Below are positions 15,410-27,097 of a stretch of DNA of 53,344 nucleotides, in pieces. Source of the stretch: a virus. Its lineage: Duplodnaviria; Caudoviricetes. A program made the translations under genes and the position numbers. The stretch spans positions 1 through 53,344 of the IMG/VR virus record IMGVR_UViG_3300030329_003045. One strand, 5' to 3'. The notes beneath the pieces are model-generated. The model ran no database searches and was not told where the DNA came from. It was given only the letters and a program-made list of their open reading frames with translations. Within the stretch, counting starts at the first letter, position 1; the number at the start of each line of letters is the position of its first letter.

Positions 15410-18400
15410 CTAACAAATTTTTCCTCCTGATTCAATATCATGATACCTATCTCTTAAATCAGCAGGTTTTGTATGTCTATTAATAACCCTACCTTTGACC
15501 GTTGGAACGGACGTATTATCTGGGCCTTTCTCTAAAACAACTCTATTTCTAGTAGTATTTGTCCTTTTATCTAATTGCATATCCAATAAAGTAGATGAAT
15601 AGAATATATCTAAATATCTAGATAAGGATTTTACTGGATTAGCAAGTTCTCCTAAATTTTTATAATCAATACCAATAGTTTGTGAACTTTCCCATTCAGG
15701 AACATTAGGTTTCTTCTTGCCAGTAAAGGCAAGTTGAACTTGTTTCATCAATCTTTTAGCAAACCCAGCATCACCTCCATAATCAGTCTCAATAATTCTT
15801 TCATTATTTAAAGTCCAATTCAAAATAGTCTTCTGCAAATGTAAATCAGTTTTAAATGTAGGAATATATTGATTGTCTTTACCTATAGCATAACTCTCTA
15901 CTAATTGAGGTTGTAGTAAATATCTTAAAATCAAATCAACAGGATCAATATTTGTGTGTACTTGTGGGACCCATTTATCTAAGAAGTTCTTAATATCTAT
16001 ACCTTCTCTTAAAGCCTGCATCTCATAAATATCTTTACTTAAAACCCTATTAGTTAGAGACTCTTTTATTGCGCCTCTATACCCTGTACTTATTTTGAAT
16101 CTTAAGGCTCTTGCATCAGCTGTAAATTGTACCCAATTATCCATATGAGCGCTCGGAGACATAACCTCATCTCTGGTTACTTCAAATAAAGCTCTACTCC
16201 ATCTCATTTCATTTTCACTAAGATTAACCATTTTTTTAGGTCTAGTATCTATAATATAAGTCATCCCTTTATGTGTACGAATATTATCCCTTATATTACT
16301 CTTAGTATAATAACCTAAGAACTTAAGTTGATTATGCGATATATAATTCTCATCAGTTTTTCCGTGATTTAGATTACCTTCTTTACCTTCTTTATTAAGT
16401 TTGTTTATCTCAGTAACATCTACATCGCCTTTTATTGCATATATTGCAACCCTATCTCTCTTTGCTGCCTTTAAAACATTTTTAATTTTAATCTGACCAT
16501 TCTTCTTTCCAACAATAATTTGATTTTTAGGGTCTCTGATAACCATATCTCTAGCTAGCTGAACATCCATTATATCCATAGCTTGTTTTAAATTGGCTAA
16601 TCTATGTTGAAGTTTTTGTATCTTATTAGGATTTGCAAATGGTTCATTCATAAAATAATCAAATGAATTAATAACGTCATCGTGCTGTTTTTCGAGCAAG
16701 TTTCTTAATATACCATTATTCATTTGTTTCCTATACCTTTTTGGATCTGTCTGGCCAAAAGATTTTAAATTCAAAGCAAATTCATATTCTCCAGTAGCTG
16801 TTCTTCCTGTTAATATTTCAACAGGATCTTGTCCAAAGGCTCTAATAACTTCTACAAAATTCTCAATTCTATCAACAAAAATTCCAGCCTTTTGAAAATT
16901 CTTACCATTATCTAAACTTCTTAATCCTTCAAAATTAGTAGTAAACCAAGCTTTATTTTGATTTAAATCATAAATAGTTCTACCGCCTATAGACATAAAG
17001 AAAGGATTATTATCTGTTTTATCAGATAAAGCATCAATAGTAGGGACATTTTCAAATCTAAATCTTATTTTACCTAAAGTAACTGGTTCTCCAGTATATA
17101 TTTTTCTATATATCTGCTTTCTTGTAGCCTCATTTTTTACAAAATCCATATAATCTTTACCATAAAACATATCAACATACTCACTAAGCATCAAATCAGC
17201 TTCAGCTTTCTTACCTATGGTTCTATAGTAACTAATTCTATTCATCATTCTTTTACTTAAATATCTTGTAGGATTTAAAAAGAACTCAGACATCCTTCCA
17301 TATATATCTTTTATCTCTCTAGCTTCAGGATTTCTACTACCTGCTTCATCATATACGTCATTTTGGACCATATTTGCCTTTTTTAGCAACCTTACTACCT
17401 CAAAGAACATCTCCTTCTCTAATGTATTATTCTTTCCAAAATTAGGGTGATCTTTACCAAAAACGTTTACATCATCTACCGCATATTTATTAAATATATC
17501 GTCAGTTTCTCCTCTTTTCTTTAATTGCTGAGCTTTGTCTTTGTAATTTTTAGGGGTTCCAAAGAATAAAAAGTCCATTAAATCTGCCTGAGCTCTCATT
17601 ATTCTATGAATACCGCCATGAATATCTACAGAATTCTGCATAGTATCATAAAATTTACTTAACCATTTCCATTCAGGACTATCCAAGGACAATTTATCCT
17701 CATTAGAAAATTTCTTTAAAAGGTCCTTACCATCTAATTGCATTCCTAACTTATCAAGCCAAGATAATGCGTTCCTTATACCAACAACTTGACCTATAGC
17801 CATTTTTGCTTGAGATAATTTACTAGCATAACTGTGAAAACCAACATCAGTAGCTATTTCACCAGCTTTTCCACCATCTCCTATACCAAATATATTTATA
17901 TAATTTTCTTGACCAATAACATCTTGAACATCAAACATTCTGAAATCATCTTTCTTTCCATTCTGTCTAGCAAAAGCTTTTAATATTCCTTCTGGAAGTT
18001 TTTGATGCATATAAAAATGGTCACCATCATTATCACGTTGTAAAACAGTACGTAAATCATGCACATTTATTTCAGCTAAACCATTCATTTGTTTTAATAC
18101 TTTTCCTACTCTTAATATAACCTTATCATGTCCTAGAGCTGGTATAGCATGTCCTAACATACCAAAAGCTAACTTTAATTCTTGAGCATCTGTTATAGCC
18201 CTTTTTGTTAATTTTACTACTTTACCATTTTTTGTTATTGTATTTCCATCCATCAATCGAATAACATCAGAGTAATTTAATCCGTGTTTTTGTACCTTTT
18301 TATTAATCTCATTTAAAGTAACCTCAATACGTTTCTGCCTAGACTTGAAAGATTTAGAATCCATATTATAACCTTTTTTAAATAAATCACCCTCATATTT

Positions 18401-21400
18401 CTTACTACCAGTTGCACCATCCCAAGTCTCTATATCATGCCCTTTGTGCATTTTTATATGGTCATAAAATGGACTTTCATAAATAAACTTATTACCGTTC
18501 CATCTAACGATAACATCAATTCCATTATGGTCTCTAAATATAAAGGTCTCATCAACAATATTAGATACTCCATCATGTTTACCTAAAAGTCTTCTACTTT
18601 GATTTCTATTTATAGATGTCTCTCCATACTGTATAGTAGTTCTATTTTTATTAAATCTATCAATATGCCCTGCACGCATTTCTGTAAACTTAGCAAAAAT
18701 TGGAACAGCAAGATCAGAATTTACATTAGGAACTATAAAATTATCCTCTCCACCACGAACATGAGCTTGTTTTAAATCCTTATAATTCTGACTTCTCATT
18801 AATCTCTTTATTGCAGGCATTATTATAGGACTAGAAGGGCTAACACCGTACTCAAATACAAGCCTAGCTAAACCTTGATCTCCTAAGTTAAGTGGATTTC
18901 CTTCTGCTTCATTTATCCCATACAACCACTTAGTATAACCTCCAGGATCTTGTTCTATACCGCCCCATTCATTAGCTATTTGAAGAAACTTGTCTTGAAA
19001 TTTCATCCATTGCATTGCTTCTTTCATAACTGTTGGACTTTGAAAATCAAATATAGAAGGAGATATTACTCCTCCTTTAGCATTTTTAGATACAAATGAT
19101 ATGCCTATAGATTTAATAGGTATAATCATTCTATTTTGATCTTGAGCCATATGTAGTCTATCAAGACCTTTAGAAACATCGGTAGGTTTTAAATCTCTAT
19201 TAGTTATAGGTGTTTTACCAGTAAATGATTTAGCAGATTCAGAACCAATAATAATATCAGCTCCTTTAGGCATATATTGCGCTATATCTGGATGGTATAT
19301 TAGAAAACCTTTACCTAACATTTGATTATCTCCAGTAGCAAATATAATAGTTTTTGCACCATTAGGTTTATTTAAGAAATTATCAATATTTTCACCCTTA
19401 TGAGCCATAACAAGCCTCATAAAGTCTAAAGAAGCAAATTTAGCGCCATCAAATAATGAATTATCTAAGCTTTTTAAATTCTGTAAGTTTTCTTGATTTT
19501 GTAATAAAACACCTTGTAATATTTTATTCTGAACTTTATTTACATTTTTTGCAATCTGCGCATTTACATCGCTAATTTTTGACTCAATTTGTCTTTGAGT
19601 TATACCTTGAATATTTAATGGATGATTAATATCTCCCTTAACAGTTGACTCATCAAACACAACAGTGTCATGACCATCTTGTTTTAAAGCCTTTAAAGCA
19701 GCATCTCTAACCTTTTTATTGGGATGGCCCATAACACGTGCAAGTTTAGTTCCTGGAATATTTTCTGTAGATACTATCCAATTTAGAACTCTTTTACTCA
19801 TAGGTTGAGTAGTACCACCATCTGTTAGGTTTCCTCTTTTAAATATATTCATCTGTATTTTCTGAAGATTAGCTTTATCTCCAGCAGTCCAATCGCCTAG
19901 AAATTGATCAAACCCTTGTCTACCACCTTGAATATCAATATAAGGTAACATTAATTTTAGTTCAACTAAATGTCTAGCCCCAACATCTTCTGGTTTAGTC
20001 TTATCTCTTAATTGTCCAAATATATTCCTAAAGTTATCAAGCTCTTTATTTTTATTAGCATCTTTCAATCTTTTCTCAGTAGCTACAAACCAACTCTCAA
20101 AATCATTATTTAAATTCTCAATATTTTCTTTGGTTCTCGCAAATAAAACTCTATTTTTAGGTGATACTCTAACATAATAAAAGAAATCTTTAATATTTTC
20201 TTGCTTCAATAAAGAGGCAACTTCACTTTCAGATAACTCATAAGTCTCTGCTAATTTTCTTAATACCTCTTTATTAGCAGCAGATTCTCTTATAGAATTA
20301 TTTATAATCTTTTGAACTTCAACAGGATTTGATATTAACTGATCAAGACTTCCTGATCTTAATTTGCCTGCTATCTCAACATTAATACCATCGTCTAAAT
20401 AAATTACTTTTAATTTCTTATCACCAAAATAAGTTCTACCTGGATAAGTCACTGATGGAGTATCGTTATTAAATAAAGTTATAGCTCTTTTACCTTCACC
20501 ATAACCTATTATTTTAACTGTAGGTACAGATTGTTGATTCTCTATATAACTTAATATTTCTATTGCATGTCTCTCTTTGAACTGTCTATATAGTGCTACT
20601 CTTTCACTAGATGAAAGTGGTTGACCATTGCTATCGGTTCTCTGATTAATATGGTTAAGTATATAATCATTAAATGCTTTTACATCATCAGCTAATAAGG
20701 CTGCTTTGAACCCTTCATCTATTTTATTCTTTTTATCAACTAATCCGTACTCTCTTAAAACCTCAATAGGAGTCTTATGTCTTTCATGCATAGCCCTACC
20801 TTCATCTTGAGATTTTCTAATTAAAGACATTTCCTCATTTAATACATGGTCAGGATTATTTAATATAACTCTTTTATTAATTTCTTTATTTATTTCCTTA
20901 AATAATTCAACTGCCTCTCCAAATAATCCTCTTTCATTAACTTGTTCTATAACCTCAGATAACGATCTTTTTTGCTTATTAACGTCCTTAGTAAATAAAA
21001 CATTCCAATTATTTACAAGTTTATCCATAACAGCCTGAAAATCATTCTCTCCTAACCCATAACCTGCTTTACCCTCTAAAGCTAGATTTTCTATTTTTAC
21101 AATCAAATTATTTAGATGATTTAATCCTTGATATTCTCTTTTAAATATATCTGCAACTCTATTTTGTAGTGGCTCTAATATAGCTTCACGAACTCCCCAT
21201 CTATCTCCTTCTTGATCAAATTTATCCCTTTGTTCTTGAGTTAGGAGCTTCTTAATAGGATAAGTCCATTTAGATGTTTGTTTGCTAATATTACTCTTTA
21301 ATTCATTTAAAGTAATAATCATTTCATCAACATCTTTTTCAGTAGCGGTTCTATCTTTACCTTCAGCATTTGGTCTTTTAGCAGCTTTAGAAAAAGCATC

Positions 21401-24400
21401 TAATTCAGCAATTATAGATTCTATCTCCTTTATAGGATCTTTAACAGTTACCTCTTTTTCAGGATCTAATGAGTCTATAATATTGGTTATTTTAGCTTGA
21501 ATTGAGTTTAACTTAGCAGGAGCACCTCCATCAAGATTATATGCCTTTTCTAGTGCCGTTTTAGCCTTTCCCATAAGGTCCATAAGAGCATCATTACCTA
21601 AAAATTTATATACTCTCGCATAATCTTGTATATCAATACCTTCTGTAAGTAATGTTCCATCATCATGAACAGGTATTATATCAGTCTCTTTAACAGTATC
21701 TCCAAGAACATCTTTTAAAGATTTTCTACCTTTTAACATAAGTTGTATTTCTCCTTGAGAAAATCCTTCATCTAAAAGATATTGCTTTAAAGCTTCTTCT
21801 GATGGAATCTGAAACTTTCCATCTCTAAGAACACCTAATCTTTTACTTTGCGCATAATGAGCAGCTTTAAGGGCTCTTGAATCTAACCCTATATTATGAT
21901 ATATTCTATCTAAGTAAGCTTCACCTACTTTACCTTTAAAGTCAGCTTGAAATTCACGTGGCAATGCTTTAAATAAAGATATAAAAGAATCATTAGCAAC
22001 CTGAAGATCTGCTCTTTCAATCTTTCTATTAGGAGATTTTGTAGTTTGTCCTCCTAAATGTACTTTTCTTAAGTCAAATAGAGGCTTTAAAGTATGCAAT
22101 ATTAAGTCAGCTTCTTCTTTTACTTTACTTTCAGGAGTACCTTCTTTTGCGTCTCTAACATATTCTTCGATAACTCTTTTATATTCATTTATATCAGCAT
22201 GATACTTACCATCTATCATAAATATTTTATCAAGAAGTGTAGTTAAATCTTTATCTTTTACATTCTTTGATTTACCAGTAATAATATCAAACAATCTTTC
22301 ATTAGTAGCTACAGCCTTAGCTCCAGTATAAAACTTCATAAATTGATTACTATCAGGCATAATAAACTTACCTTTATTAGCAAAAGTTAATGAAAGTTCG
22401 CTCATATTTTTCTCTATAACTTCAGACACTCTAGCTTTTAACTGCTCAACATCCATATTATTTGCCTTAGCAATCCATTCCATAGTTCTTTCTGCCTTTA
22501 CTCCTGGCTGTATACGTGAAGCATCACCGTTGTTACGAAAAATATCTAAAACTCTATTTATATTATGTATCATGCCAAGATCAACACCATCTTCACCAAC
22601 AGATCTTGTTTCTGCATAAGTAATTTTACCATCTGAAGATACACTAATGTCAAATCCTAATTCATTTAATTCTGCAAACATCCTTTTATAAAGATTCATA
22701 GCTTTATTTAAAGGTTCTCCAGTCATTCTAATCATAGCATGAAACCATGCATCTGTACCTTTTTGACCTAAGGTCTGAATTTCCCCTGTACCCTTATCAA
22801 CACCTATAGATATTTCTCTAATATTGTTAGCAATTTTATTTATAGTTCCCTCAGATAGGAATAAAATACGGTCACTTAAAGATTTCGCATCTGGATTCTT
22901 TGTGATATTCATAATATCATACATATCAGCAAATTGTTGAACTAGTTTTAAATCAGGATTGTCAGCGCTATGCTTTCCAGTTGGATTTTTCTCTCCACCC
23001 TCTAAACCCTTATCAAAAGCGGTTAGTATTTTTTGACCTGTTTCAGAACCTGCTAGATGTTCACCTGTAGCAAATCCCTCTCCGTCCTTCCATTGCTTGA
23101 ATCTGAACAACATTTTTGCTCCATCGGCATCTACCCCTAGAATACGCATTGCCTCTGTATATGGCTTAAAATCAGCGAAATACTGCCTTTTATTCTTATG
23201 CCCCCATGCACCTCTACCTTTAACCATCATAAATGACATCATCATATGTGCACCAAGTTCTGAACTATCCATGTCACTCCAGGCATTTTTATCTAATACC
23301 CAAGGATTCATTACAAGAGTACCTGCAGCCATTCTTGGAAGAGACTTTCCTAAATCTGCTAAGTACTTTGGACCCCATTTACCAAGCATTTCACTAGAAA
23401 CTTGCTTATTTATCTTATTTAAAAGAACTTTAGTATGTTCAACATTCATTGTTCCGTTCTTTATTCTAGCTAATATATCATCAGCACCTTTATAAATTTC
23501 TTTTGTTTTACCTTTTCCTACAGTCCACCATGCTGTTCCTAGTTTATTTGAATTCCATACTGATCTTTTGCCTGAAGGAGATACCATTAATCTTAATAGG
23601 TTATTAACAACATCATCTCCATGTTCTGCTTGAATCTTACCATAATCTATATTTTTATATCTACCAAAATAAGCTTTAAATCCTGTAGTTAGATTATCAT
23701 TACCACCTCCAGGAAGAAGTCTAATTAAAGGAAAAGCTAAAGCCATTTTACCTGAATGGCTTAATGTCTCCATAGGGTCAAAATGTTCTCCATAAGCGTG
23801 AGATTTTACAGCACCAGAAATCAATCCATGAGCAGTCATCATAGCCATATCTTGAGTAGCCATACCTAGATATTTTGTTACACCACTTCTAACTCTACCA
23901 GGAGCAGCGCCACCTAACGCTCTTGCAGTCCACTCAGCAATATCATCTACATAATGTCCTGCAGCTAAATCATCAACCCATCTTCCAGCTAAATTAGTAG
24001 CATCTAGTTTAGTTAATTCAATTCCATGCTCTTTGAAAGCTCTAGAGATTGCACTTCCACCAGTACCTACTAAATTTTCTTTAGCCTCATCTAAAGCTCT
24101 ACCTTGGCTACGTAAATTCTTAATCCAACCAACGGTTAAATCATTTTTTGAAGTTTTTTGTATAGCAGCATAAACATCATCTCCAAACCCTTTAATTGCA
24201 TCATCTACAGATATACCTTTTGCTTTAGCAATTTCTTCTGCTTTTTCGATAATTCTATTAGCGGTTGGAGCGTCAAAGTTTTTAGTTATAGATTTTCTAG
24301 TTATATTATCAGCAACATCTTTAGCAGCTTTACCAACAAATTTATTCGCACCTAATCTAGTAACAGCTCTTCCAGCTCTAGCCATTTGACCAAATGCACC

Positions 24401-24703
24401 AAAGGGTAGAAATAACCCTAAACCTTCACCCATGATCATTCCAGCTCTCTCAGCGCCAGACTTCTCTTCCCAAGGAGTATCAGCATAAGGATTAATAAAA
24501 TCAGAAACTCCCCAAGTAACAGCAGAAGCTGCGCCCCAAAGAGTTGAACCTAGAAAGTCTAGTAAAGACCCAGAATCTCTCTCAATAGTATCAAAACTAA
24601 AAGCCCCTTCAGGAACATAACTGCCTGCATAGGGGTTAGTGTATAAATTAGGTCTTGTACTATTTGGAGAGGCTATATTATAGAAATCTCTTGATATTGC
24701 CAT
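15410..24703 (-). CDS. Giant virion protein, putative double-psi-beta-barrel RNA polymerase
   Basis: 3097 aa; LQRDNDGDHFY (DxDGD, nt 18020-18034) preceded by a HAIP..IL.V...GLAEI segment; upstream FDGA and GAKT...GKG motifs; located in the ejection-protein module. Confidence 0.65.
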   Translation of the reverse strand: MAISRDFYNIASPNSTRPNLYTNPYAGSYVPEGAFSFDTIERDSGSLLDFLGSTLWGAASAVTWGVSDFINPYADTPWEEKSGAERAGMIMGEGLGLFLPFGAFGQMARAGRAVTRLGANKFVGKAAKDVADNITRKSITKNFDAPTANRIIEKAEEIAKAKGISVDDAIKGFGDDVYAAIQKTSKNDLTVGWIKNLRSQGRALDEAKENLVGTGGSAISRAFKEHGIELTKLDATNLAGRWVDDLAAGHYVDDIAEWTARALGGAAPGRVRSGVTKYLGMATQDMAMMTAHGLISGAVKSHAYGEHFDPMETLSHSGKMALAFPLIRLLPGGGNDNLTTGFKAYFGRYKNIDYGKIQAEHGDDVVNNLLRLMVSPSGKRSVWNSNKLGTAWWTVGKGKTKEIYKGADDILARIKNGTMNVEHTKVLLNKINKQVSSEMLGKWGPKYLADLGKSLPRMAAGTLVMNPWVLDKNAWSDMDSSELGAHMMMSFMMVKGRGAWGHKNKRQYFADFKPYTEAMRILGVDADGAKMLFRFKQWKDGEGFATGEHLAGSETGQKILTAFDKGLEGGEKNPTGKHSADNPDLKLVQQFADMYDIMNITKNPDAKSLSDRILFLSEGTINKIANNIREISIGVDKGTGEIQTLGQKGTDAWFHAMIRMTGEPLNKAMNLYKRMFAELNELGFDISVSSDGKITYAETRSVGEDGVDLGMIHNINRVLDIFRNNGDASRIQPGVKAERTMEWIAKANNMDVEQLKARVSEVIEKNMSELSLTFANKGKFIMPDSNQFMKFYTGAKAVATNERLFDIITGKSKNVKDKDLTTLLDKIFMIDGKYHADINEYKRVIEEYVRDAKEGTPESKVKEEADLILHTLKPLFDLRKVHLGGQTTKSPNRKIERADLQVANDSFISLFKALPREFQADFKGKVGEAYLDRIYHNIGLDSRALKAAHYAQSKRLGVLRDGKFQIPSEEALKQYLLDEGFSQGEIQLMLKGRKSLKDVLGDTVKETDIIPVHDDGTLLTEGIDIQDYARVYKFLGNDALMDLMGKAKTALEKAYNLDGGAPAKLNSIQAKITNIIDSLDPEKEVTVKDPIKEIESIIAELDAFSKAAKRPNAEGKDRTATEKDVDEMIITLNELKSNISKQTSKWTYPIKKLLTQEQRDKFDQEGDRWGVREAILEPLQNRVADIFKREYQGLNHLNNLIVKIENLALEGKAGYGLGENDFQAVMDKLVNNWNVLFTKDVNKQKRSLSEVIEQVNERGLFGEAVELFKEINKEINKRVILNNPDHVLNEEMSLIRKSQDEGRAMHERHKTPIEVLREYGLVDKKNKIDEGFKAALLADDVKAFNDYILNHINQRTDSNGQPLSSSERVALYRQFKERHAIEILSYIENQQSVPTVKIIGYGEGKRAITLFNNDTPSVTYPGRTYFGDKKLKVIYLDDGINVEIAGKLRSGSLDQLISNPVEVQKIINNSIRESAANKEVLRKLAETYELSESEVASLLKQENIKDFFYYVRVSPKNRVLFARTKENIENLNNDFESWFVATEKRLKDANKNKELDNFRNIFGQLRDKTKPEDVGARHLVELKLMLPYIDIQGGRQGFDQFLGDWTAGDKANLQKIQMNIFKRGNLTDGGTTQPMSKRVLNWIVSTENIPGTKLARVMGHPNKKVRDAALKALKQDGHDTVVFDESTVKGDINHPLNIQGITQRQIESKISDVNAQIAKNVNKVQNKILQGVLLQNQENLQNLKSLDNSLFDGAKFASLDFMRLVMAHKGENIDNFLNKPNGAKTIIFATGDNQMLGKGFLIYHPDIAQYMPKGADIIIGSESAKSFTGKTPITNRDLKPTDVSKGLDRLHMAQDQNRMIIPIKSIGISFVSKNAKGGVISPSIFDFQSPTVMKEAMQWMKFQDKFLQIANEWGGIEQDPGGYTKWLYGINEAEGNPLNLGDQGLARLVFEYGVSPSSPIIMPAIKRLMRSQNYKDLKQAHVRGGEDNFIVPNVNSDLAVPIFAKFTEMRAGHIDRFNKNRTTIQYGETSINRNQSRRLLGKHDGVSNIVDETFIFRDHNGIDVIVRWNGNKFIYESPFYDHIKMHKGHDIETWDGATGSKKYEGDLFKKGYNMDSKSFKSRQKRIEVTLNEINKKVQKHGLNYSDVIRLMDGNTITKNGKVVKLTKRAITDAQELKLAFGMLGHAIPALGHDKVILRVGKVLKQMNGLAEINVHDLRTVLQRDNDGDHFYMHQKLPEGILKAFARQNGKKDDFRMFDVQDVIGQENYINIFGIGDGGKAGEIATDVGFHSYASKLSQAKMAIGQVVGIRNALSWLDKLGMQLDGKDLLKKFSNEDKLSLDSPEWKWLSKFYDTMQNSVDIHGGIHRIMRAQADLMDFLFFGTPKNYKDKAQQLKKRGETDDIFNKYAVDDVNVFGKDHPNFGKNNTLEKEMFFEVVRLLKKANMVQNDVYDEAGSRNPEAREIKDIYGRMSEFFLNPTRYLSKRMMNRISYYRTIGKKAEADLMLSEYVDMFYGKDYMDFVKNEATRKQIYRKIYTGEPVTLGKIRFRFENVPTIDALSDKTDNNPFFMSIGGRTIYDLNQNKAWFTTNFEGLRSLDNGKNFQKAGIFVDRIENFVEVIRAFGQDPVEILTGRTATGEYEFALNLKSFGQTDPKRYRKQMNNGILRNLLEKQHDDVINSFDYFMNEPFANPNKIQKLQHRLANLKQAMDIMDVQLARDMVIRDPKNQIIVGKKNGQIKIKNVLKAAKRDRVAIYAIKGDVDVTEINKLNKEGKEGNLNHGKTDENYISHNQLKFLGYYTKSNIRDNIRTHKGMTYIIDTRPKKMVNLSENEMRWSRALFEVTRDEVMSPSAHMDNWVQFTADARALRFKISTGYRGAIKESLTNRVLSKDIYEMQALREGIDIKNFLDKWVPQVHTNIDPVDLILRYLLQPQLVESYAIGKDNQYIPTFKTDLHLQKTILNWTLNNERIIETDYGGDAGFAKRLMKQVQLAFTGKKKPNVPEWESSQTIGIDYKNLGELANPVKSLSRYLDIFYSSTLLDMQLDKRTNTTRNRVVLEKGPDNTSVPTVKGRVINRHTKPADLRDRYHDIESGGKIC

Positions 24704-24721
24704 TTATATTTACCTATTTAA

Positions 24722-27097
24722 TTATTTTGTAAACCCATGAATAAAGGGTGGTTCATCACCTTCAAAACTTTGAATATGTAAAGTAGCATTAGGGTCATGA
24801 AAGCCACTAACACTGTTTCTCCCTATCCCTCTATAAACATTTAATTCATTAGTACCTTGATTTGCGTTTGGAATAAAATCAGTCCCATGCTCTATATTAG
24901 CATTTTCAATTATATCTAACGAATTTAATAATGCTCTAAACTTATGTGGATTATCATCACTATTTTCAATAATCTCTTTCATGTATTCAATTTGAGCAGC
25001 TTTTGCTTTACCATCAGCTATTCTATGAGCGTTTTCATAATAACCAGGAGCATCATATTTTACTTCATACCATTGTAACAATCCACCAACTCTTTGTTCA
25101 TCAATATTTTGAGAACCCTTTCCTGCTTTTATTGCATGGTTTGCATCTAATAATGCATCCATTTGAAGTTCCATCTCTTCATTATAAACGTCCCAATATT
25201 CGCTTTCGCCCGTTTTATTATAATAGCTAACACCATATGCATTTGCAGCGCTCCATCCAGGTATTTTACTATGGTCATAATGGATACCTTCAACAAGCCC
25301 CATCCAATGACTTGCATTAAAGGCTGATTCTAACTCCCTTTGGTATCGCGCAGGATCTGTATCCTTTAAGTATGAATATTGAAGAACCCAATCTCGCATA
25401 ACCGTGTCATCACTATTCAACATATAATCCTCTAAGGTTTCATAACCTCCTGGAGGAGTATTACCCCATCCTTTAACACCATAGATACCTTTATGATTCA
25501 TACTAGGAGTATCATTAAAATACATAAAATTCCCTGTATCATATATATCAGTAGCTATTTGGTAATATGGGTCATCGCCAAATTCATTTATCTGATCAGT
25601 CATTACTTCATGAGCGTCATCCCATTGCCAATAAATAGATTCTTGAGGAACAACAAAATCATCGCCATGTATTTTAATCTGATCTAAACTTTCATAAATT
25701 TTATTTACATCAATATAAACTGTTTCTCCATCATCTGTTTTATAAGATGCTACTACATCTATAGAATCTGCACCTGGAAATTTTACATTATCAGAAATAC
25801 TATCTGATGTATAAAGAGCAAAAGGACCGTCATATGGATTTATAGAACTCGCAAGAATTTTTTCAACCTTATTACTACCAGTAACTCCAAGATTAGCAAC
25901 ACCTGAATAAATATCCTGTGCTTCTTCAATAGTAATATTGTATTGATTAGCAATAAATTCCATCATTTCGTCAGCTTGAGTATAGCCTATACCTTGGTCA
26001 AATTTAGTTTTCATAACATACATAGCATCTTCTATAGTTTTATCTGAACTATTAGCATAATCTCTTATTGTATCTTTAAATGCTGCAGATTCATCAGTTA
26101 AGGAAAGTCCTTCAGCTTCAGCTTTTAGTTTAAATATCTTATCATAATTAATTTCCATAGTATTAAACAAATTATATGTAAACTGATTCTCTCTAAGCAT
26201 TTTTAATAACTGTTCACCTTGATCACCAGGAAGGCTATAAAGTTTTTTTAATGCACTCTCAGGGTCATTAACTAAGAATAAGGTTGACATTTGACTAAAT
26301 ACATTTTCTGGAATTCCATAAGCTTCTGATTTCTCTGATAAGCTTTGACCATCTGTGTCTTCATCAGTTGTAAACATTGTTTTTAATGTAGTAAAATCTG
26401 CTTTAAAGTTTACATCAAGTCTAGCTACCTGTTTATCAATAGCAGACATCTCAAGAGTTCTAAGCTCAACATCTGAACCTTCCTCTCTATAAGCTGCCTC
26501 AATACCTGCAGTTCCAATGCCAGGATATTTTTCATCCCAACCTAATCCTTCTACTTCTGCAGTCTTAGGGTCATCAGCTGTCATAGCATATTCTTTTAAT
26601 CTTTCAAATTCATCAGGATTTAAATATTGGCTTAAACCAAAGAAAGGTTGGCCTGTTATAGGGTCAATCATTGTTTTCATTTTATTTAATTGAATTTCTT
26701 GACCTTGAAGATCTCTATATAATTTATCAGCAGCCTTTCGTCTATCATCGTACACCTGTGTGCTTTGATTTATTTTATCTATATCAAATTTTTTACCTTC
26801 ATATAAGTCTGTAACGAGTGCTTGACCTGTACTAGTTAACTCTTCTGCGTTTATACCCTTATATCTTGAACTCACTTTTTCTAAACTTGTTTGATACTCT
26901 TGTTTTGCCTCTCTATTTAAAGCCCATAATATCTCTGCATGCTTCTGTGCTTCTGCAGATGCAATTCTTGCATCATCTTGTTTTGCTTGTAATTCTGCTA
27001 TTCTGAATTGAACATCTGTAGCATGTGCTTGGGAAAGCCCTTCTGATATAATTGATAATGCACCTAATGCTATTTGAACATCGTCTGATTTAGCCAC
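24722..27097 (-). CDS. Putative internal virion protein
   Basis: 791 aa, N-terminal coiled coil, ejection module position. Confidence 0.55.
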   Translation of the reverse strand: MAKSDDVQIALGALSIISEGLSQAHATDVQFRIAELQAKQDDARIASAEAQKHAEILWALNREAKQEYQTSLEKVSSRYKGINAEELTSTGQALVTDLYEGKKFDIDKINQSTQVYDDRRKAADKLYRDLQGQEIQLNKMKTMIDPITGQPFFGLSQYLNPDEFERLKEYAMTADDPKTAEVEGLGWDEKYPGIGTAGIEAAYREEGSDVELRTLEMSAIDKQVARLDVNFKADFTTLKTMFTTDEDTDGQSLSEKSEAYGIPENVFSQMSTLFLVNDPESALKKLYSLPGDQGEQLLKMLRENQFTYNLFNTMEINYDKIFKLKAEAEGLSLTDESAAFKDTIRDYANSSDKTIEDAMYVMKTKFDQGIGYTQADEMMEFIANQYNITIEEAQDIYSGVANLGVTGSNKVEKILASSINPYDGPFALYTSDSISDNVKFPGADSIDVVASYKTDDGETVYIDVNKIYESLDQIKIHGDDFVVPQESIYWQWDDAHEVMTDQINEFGDDPYYQIATDIYDTGNFMYFNDTPSMNHKGIYGVKGWGNTPPGGYETLEDYMLNSDDTVMRDWVLQYSYLKDTDPARYQRELESAFNASHWMGLVEGIHYDHSKIPGWSAANAYGVSYYNKTGESEYWDVYNEEMELQMDALLDANHAIKAGKGSQNIDEQRVGGLLQWYEVKYDAPGYYENAHRIADGKAKAAQIEYMKEIIENSDDNPHKFRALLNSLDIIENANIEHGTDFIPNANQGTNELNVYRGIGRNSVSGFHDPNATLHIQSFEGDEPPFIHGFTK

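Noticed and set aside
24722-24860. ADP-ribosyltransferase domain suggested by LNVYRGIG
   Set aside because: Only ~35 aa follow the motif; no room for the STS and ExE elements
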